Positions 40,953-50,456 of a stretch of 64,000 nt of DNA are shown here, piece by piece. The notes beneath the pieces are model-generated. The model was not told where the DNA came from and searched no databases. It saw only the letters and a program-made list of their open reading frames with translations. Every line of letters starts with the position of its first letter. The first letter of the stretch is position 1. The stretch comes from Nannocystis bainbridge (GTDB taxonomy: Bacteria > Myxococcota_A > Polyangia > Nannocystales > Nannocystaceae). Location of the stretch: positions 3,648,001 to 3,712,000 of the forward strand of contig NZ_JAQNDL010000001.1 in NCBI RefSeq assembly GCF_028368995.1, written 5' to 3'. The position numbers and the translations under genes were made by a program.

Positions 40953-41525
40953 ATGCACGACCACGACCACGCCAACAGCCTCTCGATCGGCGGACCGAAC
41001 GGCATACGCATCTCCGCACCGGCAGCCCCTGCGCGTCGAACCTCGGACGCACCGACCCGCCTCGCCGACCCGCGCACCAGCGTCGCGGTCCAGCGCGGCC
41101 TGGCGGCGCACGGCCGGCTCATCGTCGGCGGCGTGGCGATCCTCGGCGGCGTCGTCCTCCTGTCGTGGCTCGCGCTCGTCAGCAGCCTCGCGCTTCCGGG
41201 CCTGTTGGTGCTGCCCGGCGTGGTCGCTGCCGCGGCGCTGTGGATCGCCGCCGCCGTGATCCACGTGATCGCGCGCGACAGCCGGCGCTCGCTCGCCGCG
41301 GCGCGCGAGCAGCGGATCCTCGCCCTCGCCGCGCGCACGCCCGGCCCGCTGACCGTCGTCGAGGTCGCGCGCGCGCTCGACCTCTCGCTCGCCGACGCCG
41401 AGGCCGCCCTGACCGCCATGAGCCGCGGCGGCCACATGGACGCCGACATCGACCTCGACAGCGGTCGACTCCAGTTCTCCCTCGCAGCCCGCCCCGCATC
41501 CCTCGCCCAGGACCTTCGCCCATGA
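40953..41525 (+). CDS. Two-TM protein with C-terminal winged helix
   Basis: EQRILALA...GPLTVVEVARALDLSLADAEAAL..M...G. Confidence 0.7.
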   Translation: MHDHDHANSLSIGGPNGIRISAPAAPARRTSDAPTRLADPRTSVAVQRGLAAHGRLIVGGVAILGGVVLLSWLALVSSLALPGLLVLPGVVAAAALWIAAAVIHVIARDSRRSLAAAREQRILALAARTPGPLTVVEVARALDLSLADAEAALTAMSRGGHMDADIDLDSGRLQFSLAARPASLAQDLRP

Positions 41526-42028
41526 ATCAACTATCGACCTTGCCGCCCCCGCGCTCGCCCGCCCCTGCTCCGCTCGCAACCCCGCCGGTGTTCGACCCGC
41601 GGTGGGCCCAGGCGATGCAGGCCGGCCCCGGCCAGCAACCCATGGCCTCTCCGCCTCAAGGCCAGGCGCAGGCGTTCGGCCAGCCCGGGGCCATGCCCGC
41701 CCAGAACATGATGTACCCGGCCCAGGGCTATCCGCAGCCGATCAACATCGTCGTCCAGAACACCAACACGATGACGCAGGGCCCGGCCGCCGGGGCGCTC
41801 GTGCGGGTCGCCGATCGCAACAAGTGGGTCGCCGCGCTCCTGGCCTTCTTCCTCGGCGGCTTCGGCATCCACAAGTTCTATCTCGGCCAGACCGGCATGG
41901 GCATCGTCTATCTGCTGTTCTTCTGGACGCTGATCCCGATGGTCATCAGCCTGATCGAGACCTTGCTGCTGGTCCTCGCCAGCCAGCGCGAGTTCGACGT
42001 GCGCTTCAACTCGCGGCTGGCGCGCTGA
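41522..42028 (+). CDS. TM2 (NINE) domain protein with Pro/Gln-rich N-terminus
   Basis: NKWVAALLAFFLGGFGIHKFYLG; ATGA coupling to upstream gene. Confidence 0.88.
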   Translation: MNQLSTLPPPRSPAPAPLATPPVFDPRWAQAMQAGPGQQPMASPPQGQAQAFGQPGAMPAQNMMYPAQGYPQPINIVVQNTNTMTQGPAAGALVRVADRNKWVAALLAFFLGGFGIHKFYLGQTGMGIVYLLFFWTLIPMVISLIETLLLVLASQREFDVRFNSRLAR

Positions 42029-42462
42029 GCGTCGAGCGAGTCGTGCCTGTGGCTCGCAGCCGGGGCCGCGTCGCCGCGCTGCAGGCCGCACGGCCGGTGA
42101 TTTGAATGCGCCGACTCGGCGCGATTGGCGGGTCCGAGCAATCGCGCTCGCCGGCGGCGAATGTCCGCACCTCGCGCGCGTGACGGCGCCGTCACCTCGC
42201 GCCGGTCCCGCTCCTGCGGCGAACTCGGCTTTCGCCATCGGGGCCGCAGGCGCCCGCGAATGTGCACTGGGCGTGAACGCGCGCGCGGTCGGGCGAACTC
42301 GGCGTCGCTGCGCAGCATCGCCCACGCGCGGAAGCGTGCGCGCGCGGATCTTCGTGTCCGCGGGCGCAGCTTCGCATTCGAAGTCGCCGCGCAATCGCCC
42401 GTGTTGACGCCGTCTCGCCGCTCCACCTATCTTGCGAAACGAGGGCCTGAGGCCCCCGAGCG

Positions 42463-44604
42463 ATGGCTGTCGACGTTACCAATCCCACTTCGGTGCTGCA
42501 ATCCAGCGACGCGATCTTCACCCTCGACGTCGGCGGCGCCTCGCTGCGGGTGGTCCGCTTCAGCGGCCGCGAGGCGATCTCGAGTCCGTTCGAGTTCCGC
42601 ATCGAGGTCGCCGGCATCGACCTCGACACCGAGGGCGTGCTCGGCCAGACGGCGGTGCTCACGATCGAGGGCGCCGAGGCTGCGCGCCACGTGCACGGCA
42701 TCGTCTACGACGCCGAGTACATCGGCCACACCCGCGAGTTCGACCTCTACGAGCTCAAGGTCGGGCCGTCGGCGCACCTGCTGCTGCACCGCAGCGACTG
42801 CCGGATCTTCCAGGACAAGACCACCGAGCAGATCGTCAGCGAGGTGCTGACGCGGGCCGGCCTCGGCAAGGACCGGTTCCGGTTCGCGCTGACGGGCAAG
42901 TACAGCCCGCGCAACTACTGTGTGCAATACCGCGAGACCGACCTCGCCTTCGTCAGCCGCCTGCTCGAGGAGGACGGGATCTGCTACTGGTTCGAGCACG
43001 ACGAGGGCAAGCACGTGTGGGTGATGGCCGACAGCAGCCAGGCCCACCCGGCGATCGCCGGTGACTCGACCGTGTGGTTCAACCCGCCGGACGGCGCGAT
43101 CCAGGACCGCGAGCACGTCAAGGGCTTTCGCTTCGGCGGACGGATCCGCACCGGCACCGTCTCGCTGCGCGACAAGAACCTCCACAAGACCGACCAGAAC
43201 ATGGAGGTCAAGGAGACCGGCAAGGCCAAGCCCGAGCTCGAGGCCTACGACTTCCCCGGCGAATATCAGGACCCCGGCCGCGCCGGCCCGCACGAGGGCC
43301 AGATGCTGGCGAAGATCCGGCTCGAGGAGCTGCAGGCCGCGCGGCGCCGCGGCGAGGGCGTCAGCGACTGCCCGCGGCTCACGCCCGGCATGACGATGAC
43401 GCTCGCCGGTCACTCGCAGCAGGAGCTCAACACCCAGTACCGCATCGTCGAGGTCCAGCACCGCGGCGAGCAGCCGCAGGTGCTCGACCACGACGGCCAG
43501 GAGGCCAGCTCGTACGACAACACCTTCGCCGTCACCGAGCTCAAGGTCCAGTTCCGGCCGGCCCGCGTCACCCAGCGGCCGGTGATGCGCGGCCTGCAGT
43601 CGGCGGTGGTCACCGGGCCCGAGGGCGAGGAGGTCCACGTCGACAAGTACGGCCGCGTGCGCATCCAGTTCCACTGGGACCGCGAGGGCGCGTTCGACGA
43701 CACCAGCACCTGCTGGTGCCGCGTCAGCCAGCTGTGGGCCGGCAACGGCTGGGGCGCGATGTTCATCCCGCGCATCGGTCACGAGGTGTTGGTCGATTTC
43801 CTCGAGGGCGACCCCGACCGGCCGATCATCACCGGGCGCATCTACCACGGGCAGAACGAGGTGCCGTACCCGCTGCCCGAGCAGAAGACCAAGAGCACCA
43901 TCAAGTCCGACAGCTCGCTCGGCGGCGGCGGTTACAACGAGTTCCGCTTCGAGGACAAGAAGAAGGAGGAGCAGATCTTCCTCCACGCCGAGCGCAACAT
44001 CGACGTGCGCGTCAACAACGACGCCTTCTCGACGGTGTGGAACAACTCGCACGTGACCGTCGGCCACGACGAGGGCGGCACCGCCGGCGACAGCTTCGTC
44101 CAGCTGTTCCACGACCACCACCTGAAGATCCACCGCAACACCAAGGCCCACCTCGGCGGCGACGTCGAGCTGCTGATCGGCGGCATCGACGGCGTCGGCC
44201 GCCTCGACATGCACACGCTCGGCGACAAGCTCGAGCTGATCGACGGCGACCGCCACGAGCACACCCGCAAGAACACGCTCGAGAAGGTCGACGGGCACGT
44301 CTCGCGGATCGTCGACGGCAACGAGCAGACGACCATCGGCGGCCGCCTGGCGATCGAGGCCGCCGACGAGATCCACCTGCGCTCGAGCAAGATCGTGCTC
44401 GACGCCGGCAGCGGCCTCACGATCCAGGGCCCCGGCGGGTTCATCACCATCAACGCCGGCGGCATCTACATCAAGGGCAACATGGTCTACATCAACAGCG
44501 CCGGCGCGCCGCTGCGCGGGACCGACGCCGCCCCCAACACCGCGAGCGACGCCAACGACGCCGCCCCGACCGCGGCGACGCCGTCCGAGCGCGGCTCGAA
44601 GTGA
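42463..44604 (+). CDS. vgrG: Type VI secretion tip protein VgrG (orphan)
   Basis: GREAISSPFEF, CVQYRETD..FV.RLLEEDGI, VQ-like IQFHWDR, IPRIGHEVLVDFLEGDPDRPI, NEFRFEDKK..EQIFLHAE. Confidence 0.96.
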   Translation: MAVDVTNPTSVLQSSDAIFTLDVGGASLRVVRFSGREAISSPFEFRIEVAGIDLDTEGVLGQTAVLTIEGAEAARHVHGIVYDAEYIGHTREFDLYELKVGPSAHLLLHRSDCRIFQDKTTEQIVSEVLTRAGLGKDRFRFALTGKYSPRNYCVQYRETDLAFVSRLLEEDGICYWFEHDEGKHVWVMADSSQAHPAIAGDSTVWFNPPDGAIQDREHVKGFRFGGRIRTGTVSLRDKNLHKTDQNMEVKETGKAKPELEAYDFPGEYQDPGRAGPHEGQMLAKIRLEELQAARRRGEGVSDCPRLTPGMTMTLAGHSQQELNTQYRIVEVQHRGEQPQVLDHDGQEASSYDNTFAVTELKVQFRPARVTQRPVMRGLQSAVVTGPEGEEVHVDKYGRVRIQFHWDREGAFDDTSTCWCRVSQLWAGNGWGAMFIPRIGHEVLVDFLEGDPDRPIITGRIYHGQNEVPYPLPEQKTKSTIKSDSSLGGGGYNEFRFEDKKKEEQIFLHAERNIDVRVNNDAFSTVWNNSHVTVGHDEGGTAGDSFVQLFHDHHLKIHRNTKAHLGGDVELLIGGIDGVGRLDMHTLGDKLELIDGDRHEHTRKNTLEKVDGHVSRIVDGNEQTTIGGRLAIEAADEIHLRSSKIVLDAGSGLTIQGPGGFITINAGGIYIKGNMVYINSAGAPLRGTDAAPNTASDANDAAPTAATPSERGSK

Positions 44605-44614
44605 GCTGATCGCG

Positions 44615-44654
44615 ACGGCCCGCGGCGGCCCGATCGGGTCGCTACCGCGGGCCG
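44615..44654. terminator. GC-rich hairpin between convergent vgrG and LRR gene
   Basis: cggcccgcgg...cggcccg-atc-gggtcg...ccgcgggccg. Confidence 0.55.
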
Positions 44655-44671
44655 CGTTCACCCGGCCGGGC

Positions 44672-46276
44672 TCATTCGTCGCCGTCCTGTCGCTCGCTGC
44701 ACACGTCGGGCGCGCCGTGCCGCGTCAGCCAGGCGCACAGCGGCGCGGGATCGGCGAGTCGGCCGTCGCCGGGCCAGCCGTACCAGCGCAGGGTCTTGCC
44801 GTGGTGCAGGCTCACAGCGGCCAGCAGCCCGGCGTCGCGGTGGAGCTCGATCGTCAGGGCGCCGCAGCACATGCAAGAGGTGTCGCTGAGCGACTCGTCG
44901 AGGCGCAGCAGCGGCAACAGCTCGCGCACGGCGGCCGGGTCCTCGTGCACGAAGAAGACCCGCTCGAACGCGGGTCGCCGGTGACACACGCCGCCCGCGC
45001 GCACGACGATGCGGGTCGCGCAGGCGCCGACGTCGGCGAGCTTTTGATCCCAGCGATGATGCACGTCGACCGCGGGCGCGAGCGCGGCGAACTCCTCGAC
45101 GATGGCGTCGTCGAGGCCGGTCGCCATCACCCCGAGGGTGCGCAGCGCGGGCGGCGGCGGCATGGGCAGGCCGGCGATCGGGCTGCCATCGGCGAGCAGC
45201 TCGACGAGCTGCGGGTGACCGGCGAGCGGTGCCAGGCTGGTGACGCCGGTGCGGCCGACGTCGAGCCGGCGCAGCGCCGGCAGGCCGGGGACAAATCCGA
45301 GGTCGGTGAGCTGGCGGCGCCCCGACAGATCGAGGACGCGCAGGCGGGTGAGGTCGCGCAGCCGTTCGAGGTCGTGGACGGGCAGCGAGGCGTCGATCCG
45401 GAGGTGCTCGAGCGTTGCGAGCCGCGCGAGGTCGGCGGCGTCGACCCAGCTCGGCCCGCCTGAGGCGATCTGGGTGACATCGAGGTGGAGGTATCGCAGC
45501 TGCCCCAGGTCCGCGAGATCCGCGAGCACCAGCGGCCCGTCCGCTGTGATCTCGCCGCGCAACAGGCCGAGGAAGTCGCCGAGAGCGACGCCGAGGCGCA
45601 GCCCGTGGAGGCGGGGCGGGAGCCGTAAATTCGGGGCGTGCTGGCCGTCGGCGAGCGTGTAGTCGAGCACCAGCCCCGCGCCGTCGAGTCGCGCGAGCGC
45701 GGCGGCAACGTCGTCGCTCCATGTCCCAAGGGACAGGCCGCGGAGCTGGCGGAGCGTCGCCGTCGGCCGGCCCGGCAGGTCCTCGGCCTGGAGGTGGACG
45801 AGGTGCCGCGCGCCGCCGTCGTACGCCAGCTCGAGGGCGTCGGGGTGGGCGCTGACGGTGAAGTAACTGTAGAGCCCGGGCTGCCCGAGCACCATGCTGG
45901 CGCTGCCCCGGGCGACGGGTTCGTCCGGCGCGAACAGCGGAGACCGCGAGTCGCTGCGAAGGTCGAGGTGAATGATGTCACCCGCTCGCGGGAGGTCGCC
46001 GCCGGCGAGCGAGGTGATGCGAGGATCGACGGACGCGCCGTCGAGCTCGAAGCGGTAGCCGGAGTCGACGGGGGCCGGCTGCTTGCAGCGGTAAAGGAGC
46101 GCGCGCGGCGGGTCGAACGACATCGCGAGCCCGGGCTCGACGTCGGCCGCATCGTGCGGCGGGTCGGTGGGGTCGAGGACGACCTGTCCCAAAGGACCGG
46201 CGATGGCACGCCCAGGGTCCGGGGTGCAGGCGAGCAGCACCGCGAGACCGCCGACGAGCGCGCGCGCACGTCCCAT
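44672..46276 (-). CDS. Leucine-rich-repeat lipoprotein
   Basis: LLAC lipobox; internalin-like LxxLxxLxxL repeats; Cys-containing C-terminal domain (CMCCG). Confidence 0.78.
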   Translation of the reverse strand: MGRARALVGGLAVLLACTPDPGRAIAGPLGQVVLDPTDPPHDAADVEPGLAMSFDPPRALLYRCKQPAPVDSGYRFELDGASVDPRITSLAGGDLPRAGDIIHLDLRSDSRSPLFAPDEPVARGSASMVLGQPGLYSYFTVSAHPDALELAYDGGARHLVHLQAEDLPGRPTATLRQLRGLSLGTWSDDVAAALARLDGAGLVLDYTLADGQHAPNLRLPPRLHGLRLGVALGDFLGLLRGEITADGPLVLADLADLGQLRYLHLDVTQIASGGPSWVDAADLARLATLEHLRIDASLPVHDLERLRDLTRLRVLDLSGRRQLTDLGFVPGLPALRRLDVGRTGVTSLAPLAGHPQLVELLADGSPIAGLPMPPPPALRTLGVMATGLDDAIVEEFAALAPAVDVHHRWDQKLADVGACATRIVVRAGGVCHRRPAFERVFFVHEDPAAVRELLPLLRLDESLSDTSCMCCGALTIELHRDAGLLAAVSLHHGKTLRWYGWPGDGRLADPAPLCAWLTRHGAPDVCSERQDGDE

Positions 46277-46486
46277 GTCGCGAGGGTACACGCGAGCGCC
46301 GCGACCCGGTGGGCGAATTACGGGCCCAGGCGCACGCGCGCAGCGATGCGTCTGGCCGAGGCCCCCGCGGAGGATGATCCGCGCCCTCCTGTCGAGCGGG
46401 CTCGGCGGGCGCCAGGTCGCCACGCGACGAGCCTCGCGGCGCCGGTCCGGCTGCTTGTCCGGCGAAGATTGCCTACGATGCCGGCC

Positions 46487-47269
46487 ATGAAGGACAAGGT
46501 CATCGTCATCACTGGCGCGTCGAAGGGGATCGGCGCAGCGCTGGCTCAGCTCTGTCACGCACGCGGGGCCACGGTCGTGCTCGCGGCTCGCGGCGCGGAG
46601 GCGCTGGCGAGCGTCGCCGAGCAGCTCGGCGAGCGCGCGCTCGCGGTCCCCACCGACGTCTCGCGCCAGGCCGACAACGAGCAACTGGTGGCGCGCACCC
46701 TGGCCCAGTTCGGCCGCCTCGACGTGTTCGTCGCCAACGCCGGCCGCGGGATCTCCCGCCCGCCCTCGCAGCTCACCGAGGCCGACGTCGACGACATGAT
46801 CACCACCAACTTCAAGTCGGTGCTCTACGCCGTGCAGGCCGTGCTGCCCCACTTCAAGCAGCGCCAGCGCGGCCAGATCGTCGCCGTGTCGTCGATGCTC
46901 GGACGGATCCCCTTCACCCCGATGCGCAGCGCCTACAGCGCGGCCAAGGCCGCCGTGAACTCGTTGATGGCCAGCGTGCGCATCGAGCTCCGGCCGCAGT
47001 TCCCCGAGATCCACGCGACCACCGTGCTGCCCGGCGTGGTCGCCACCGAGTTCGGCAACAACGCGCTGCACGGCGGCATGGACTCGCGCCAGATCCCCGG
47101 CGCGCAGCCGGTGGCCGAGGTGGCCGAGGTCATCGCCGCCGCGATCGATGCCCCGCGCGCCGAGGTGTTCACCCGCCCCGAGATGCACGCGATGCAGGCC
47201 AAGTTTTACGCGGCCGAGGACATCGCCACGATCGAGGCGACGCTCGGCGGCCCGCCGCCTGGGCGCTGA
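46487..47269 (+). CDS. Short-chain dehydrogenase/reductase
   Basis: TGASKGIG, NAG, YSAAK. Confidence 0.93.
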   Translation: MKDKVIVITGASKGIGAALAQLCHARGATVVLAARGAEALASVAEQLGERALAVPTDVSRQADNEQLVARTLAQFGRLDVFVANAGRGISRPPSQLTEADVDDMITTNFKSVLYAVQAVLPHFKQRQRGQIVAVSSMLGRIPFTPMRSAYSAAKAAVNSLMASVRIELRPQFPEIHATTVLPGVVATEFGNNALHGGMDSRQIPGAQPVAEVAEVIAAAIDAPRAEVFTRPEMHAMQAKFYAAEDIATIEATLGGPPPGR

Positions 47270-47295
47270 GCCGTCGCCGCTCATGCGTCTTTAAG

Positions 47296-47351
47296 GACAT
47301 GTTCTAATCGACATGTCCCAAACGATATGTCCAAATCGACATATCCTCATG
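47296..47351. repeat. 14-bp-phased palindrome array (4 units)
   Basis: gacatgtt-ctaatc / gacatgtc-ccaaac / gatatgtc-caaatc / gacatatc-ctcatg. Confidence 0.85.
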
Positions 47352-47485
47352 AACGAGTGACTTCGGCCCGCTCGTCCTGAAGCGCGAGCGGCCGGGTTGC
47401 GAAACGTACCGGTCTTCCGTACGACCGCGTCGCGCCAGCCCTGCGCGCCGTACCTCGCGCCGCGAATTCGAGTAAGCTCCGCCGC

Positions 47486-48004
47486 GTGTCCGAGCTGTTC
47501 GCCGCAGCCGTCTCGATCGCCCCGACGCGGCGGCGTCGCTTCCTGTGGGCCGCCTGGTGGACCGCGCCGCCGAGCCGCGAGCCGTTCCGCCGCCCTGACG
47601 CCTCCGAGGGGGGCGCGCGCACCCGCGACGAGGCGCTGCGCCGGGCCGAGAAGGCAGCAGGCCGCGCGCTGGTCCAGATCGAGCCGCTGTGGGCGCGCGC
47701 GTGGGGCCGCGTGCTGATGGGCGAGCCGCCGTTCTCGCCGACGGACAAGGACACCACCACCCACGCCGCGCCGCGAGCGAACCGCGAGCCTGCCCCTGCG
47801 TCGATCTGGCAGCTGCTCAGGCTCACGCCCCACGCGACGGTGCCGGAGATCCGCGCCGCCTTTCGCCAGCGCGCGCTCGTCACTCACCCGGACCGCGGCG
47901 GCGACCCGGAGGCGTTCCGCGCCCTGCGCGAGGCCCACGACGAAGCGCTCGCCCGCCGCGCCCGCGACGGCAAGCGACCGCGCCGCAAACGACCGGCGCC
48001 CTGA
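47486..48004 (+). CDS. C-terminal J-domain protein
   Basis: AFRQRALVTHPDRGG; Trp-rich N-terminal domain. Confidence 0.8.
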   Translation: MSELFAAAVSIAPTRRRRFLWAAWWTAPPSREPFRRPDASEGGARTRDEALRRAEKAAGRALVQIEPLWARAWGRVLMGEPPFSPTDKDTTTHAAPRANREPAPASIWQLLRLTPHATVPEIRAAFRQRALVTHPDRGGDPEAFRALREAHDEALARRARDGKRPRRKRPAP

Positions 48005-48074
48005 CCTCACCGAGGGTGAGCCGCGCCGCGGTCCGCTCGGGTCGTCGTTCGCGCGGTAGAGACCGGCTCCCCGA

Positions 48075-48320
48075 GCGGACCGCCGACGTCGAGGTCTCAT
48101 GCATGTCCTCGAGGACATGCCCTTCAGGACCTGTCCTCTTCGCCATTCGACGTCACTCCTCGTTCACGCGGTTCGCGCGGCGCCCCGACCCGCGAACCGA
48201 GCAGACCGCGGACCACCGACGACGAGGTCGATATATGTCCCCAAGGACATGCCCTTCAAGACCTGTCCTCTTCGCCATTCGACGTCACTCCTCGTTCACG
48301 CGGTAGTGCGGCACCCCGAC
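48075..48320. repeat. Direct duplication (~115 bp, ~132-bp period) containing the mvaS 3' end and a palindrome array
   Basis: 48075-48189 versus 48208-48320; shared gacctgtcctcttcgccattcgacgtcactcctcgttcacgcggt. Confidence 0.9.
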
Positions 48321-49763
48321 GTCCTGCCAGCTCTTGTCGTAGCGCACGCCACGACCCGCGATCGCAAACGGCCGCGGCGCATGCAGCTCGCGCACCGGGG
48401 CGCGGCGCTCGTGCAGCGCCTCGTAGTCCTCGCGGCAGACATCGATCGCCCCGGCCAGCGCACCCGCCAGGTCGCTGCGCCCCGCCGCCTCGCGCCAGCC
48501 CGGCGTCACGCGGCCGCGCCACACCTCGGCCGCGTCGCCGCTGCCGTAACCGATCAGCGTCACGGCGGCGCCCTCCCACGCCAGCCCGCGCGCGTGCGCG
48601 TCGGCGAAGGCCGCGGCGATCCACGCCGGCAGCGACGCCGTGTAGAGGTTGCCGAGCTGCCTCACCAGGGTGCGACCGGGCTGCGTCGCCGCCAGCACGC
48701 GCGCGAACGCCGGCTCGCCCTGGACGTGGCGCGCGACCGCCTGGGTGCGCGCGAGCGGATCGAACTCCCCCCCCTGCGCGCGCACACCGTCCCGCGCATG
48801 GACATCGGCGGCCAGCTCGGCGATCAGCGCGTCGAAGCTCACGTCGGCGGCGAGGCACGCGGCGGCCAGCGCCTCGCGATCACCGGCGCGGACGCAGGCC
48901 CACACCCACGCCGCGCCGAGGGCCGCGACCGGCATGCGATCGTACGGCCGGTGCAGCAGCAGCGCCGCGGGCTCGGCCAGCAGCGCCCGGGGATCGCCGC
49001 CGCCGCGCGCGTAGGCCGAATCGAGCGCGCGCACCACCGCCTCGACGTAGCAGACCGTCGAGTACTTGCCGTTGAACACCGGGAAGTCGCGCTCGCCGCG
49101 GCAGCCGTCCGGGTACTCGCGCATGAAGTGGCGCGCGACCGGCTTGCGAAAGTCCCAGCCGCGCTCGTCCGACGAGCTGCCCGCGGCCCGCAGGTCGAGC
49201 GCGAGCAGCCGCGCCCGCGGCTCGACCAGCATCGCCACCGCGCCCGCGCCCTGGGTCGGCTCGCCCGAGCTGCCGCGCTCGTACTGGGCGATGTCGGCGG
49301 CCACCACGATCGCCACCCGCTCGGCCCCGTCGGTCTGCACGTAGCGCAGCGCCGCCTTGAGCGCATACATCCCGCCGAGACAGGCGTGCTTGACCTCCGG
49401 CACCTCGACATCGCGCGGCAGCGGCGCCCGCCCCTCGCGGCGCAGCGCGTCGTCGACCATGCCGCGCACGATCACCGCGCCGACCGCGTTGTCGACGCTC
49501 GACTCGGTGCCGAGCGCGAGCATGCCGACCCGCGCAGGATCGACGTCGTGCTGCCGCAAGAGCCGCAGCACCGCCGCCGCCGCCATCGTATAGACGTCCT
49601 CGTCGGGCTGCGGCACGCGGAACGCGTCGCCCACCACCGCCGCCAGCTTGCCCGGATCGGCGCCCGTCCACTCGGCGAACGCGGCCAGCGGGACGCGCGG
49701 CCGCGGTACGTACAACGAGAGCCCCGAGAGGCCCGGATTCGCGGGTGCAAGGACATCGGACAT
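48285..49763 (-). CDS. mvaS: Hydroxymethylglutaryl-CoA synthase
   Basis: GTES, KHACLGG (catalytic Cys), GEPTQGAGAVAML, HRPY, GNLYTAS, GYGSG. Confidence 0.88.
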   Translation of the reverse strand: MSDVLAPANPGLSGLSLYVPRPRVPLAAFAEWTGADPGKLAAVVGDAFRVPQPDEDVYTMAAAAVLRLLRQHDVDPARVGMLALGTESSVDNAVGAVIVRGMVDDALRREGRAPLPRDVEVPEVKHACLGGMYALKAALRYVQTDGAERVAIVVAADIAQYERGSSGEPTQGAGAVAMLVEPRARLLALDLRAAGSSSDERGWDFRKPVARHFMREYPDGCRGERDFPVFNGKYSTVCYVEAVVRALDSAYARGGGDPRALLAEPAALLLHRPYDRMPVAALGAAWVWACVRAGDREALAAACLAADVSFDALIAELAADVHARDGVRAQGGEFDPLARTQAVARHVQGEPAFARVLAATQPGRTLVRQLGNLYTASLPAWIAAAFADAHARGLAWEGAAVTLIGYGSGDAAEVWRGRVTPGWREAAGRSDLAGALAGAIDVCREDYEALHERRAPVRELHAPRPFAIAGRGVRYDKSWQDVGVPHYRVNEE

Positions 49764-49889
49764 GGCGCCGACCCTACGCGAATCGCTCGCTCACCCGTGT
49801 GCGCCGCGCCACGGACCATGATTCGCGCGACTCACGACATTGCTCCCGAGGCGGGCGAAACCCCGCGCAGAGGCGGTCCACCCGGGCCC

Positions 49890-50290
49890 TCGCGCGTTCC
49901 TCGTGACTGCCGCGATTCACGGAGATGCGGCGATGACGCTCGTTCGCCTGTCATCTCGCGCTACCGTTGTTCGCGCGATCTTCGACGTGCCGCGATTTGC
50001 GGCGATGCGTTGATGACGCTCGTTCGCGCCTGCCATCACGCGCCACCGGTGTTCGCGCGATCTTCGACGTGCCGCGATTCGCGGCGATGCAGCGATGCAT
50101 TGCGCTCGCGCCGTCATCACGCGCTACCGATCTCCGCCCGATCTGCGGCGCTGCCGCGATTCGCTGCGATGCGGGATGATGCCCGCTCGCGCCCATCATC
50201 ACGCCCTACCGATCTCCGCGCGATCTTCGACGCAGCCGCTATTTGCTGCGATGCGGCGATGACGCCCGATCGCGTCCGCGATCAGGCGGC
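49890..50290. repeat. Non-coding ~82-bp tandem repeat (~4.6 copies) with palindromic core
   Basis: Anchor (t/a)gccgc(g/t)att at 49908, 49988, 50070, 50152, 50234; core gccgcgattcgcggc. Confidence 0.85.
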
Positions 50291-50456
50291 GTCGACTCGC
50301 GCATGTGATTCATGCATGCACGCTCCGCCTGATGTCGCGCGATCGCCACTGCGATGAATCATAGCGACGGCGCGCCGCTGCGATGATTGCCGCAGCGGGC
50401 CGCGGGCCCGGGCGCTCGTCGCTTTGCTTTCACGGGTCCATGTGGTCTGCTCCGTC

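Noticed and set aside
47296-47351. Palindrome as MrpC/CRP-type site or matS
   Set aside because: Spacing differs (MrpC TGTY-N8-RAC; CRP TGTGA-N6-TCACA; matS GTGACRNYGTCAC), and most sites are at 3' ends or inside genes
49890-50290. Possible CRISPR array (also considered for 52441-52740 and 61321-61665)
   Set aside because: No unique spacers between conserved repeats and no cas genes in the window
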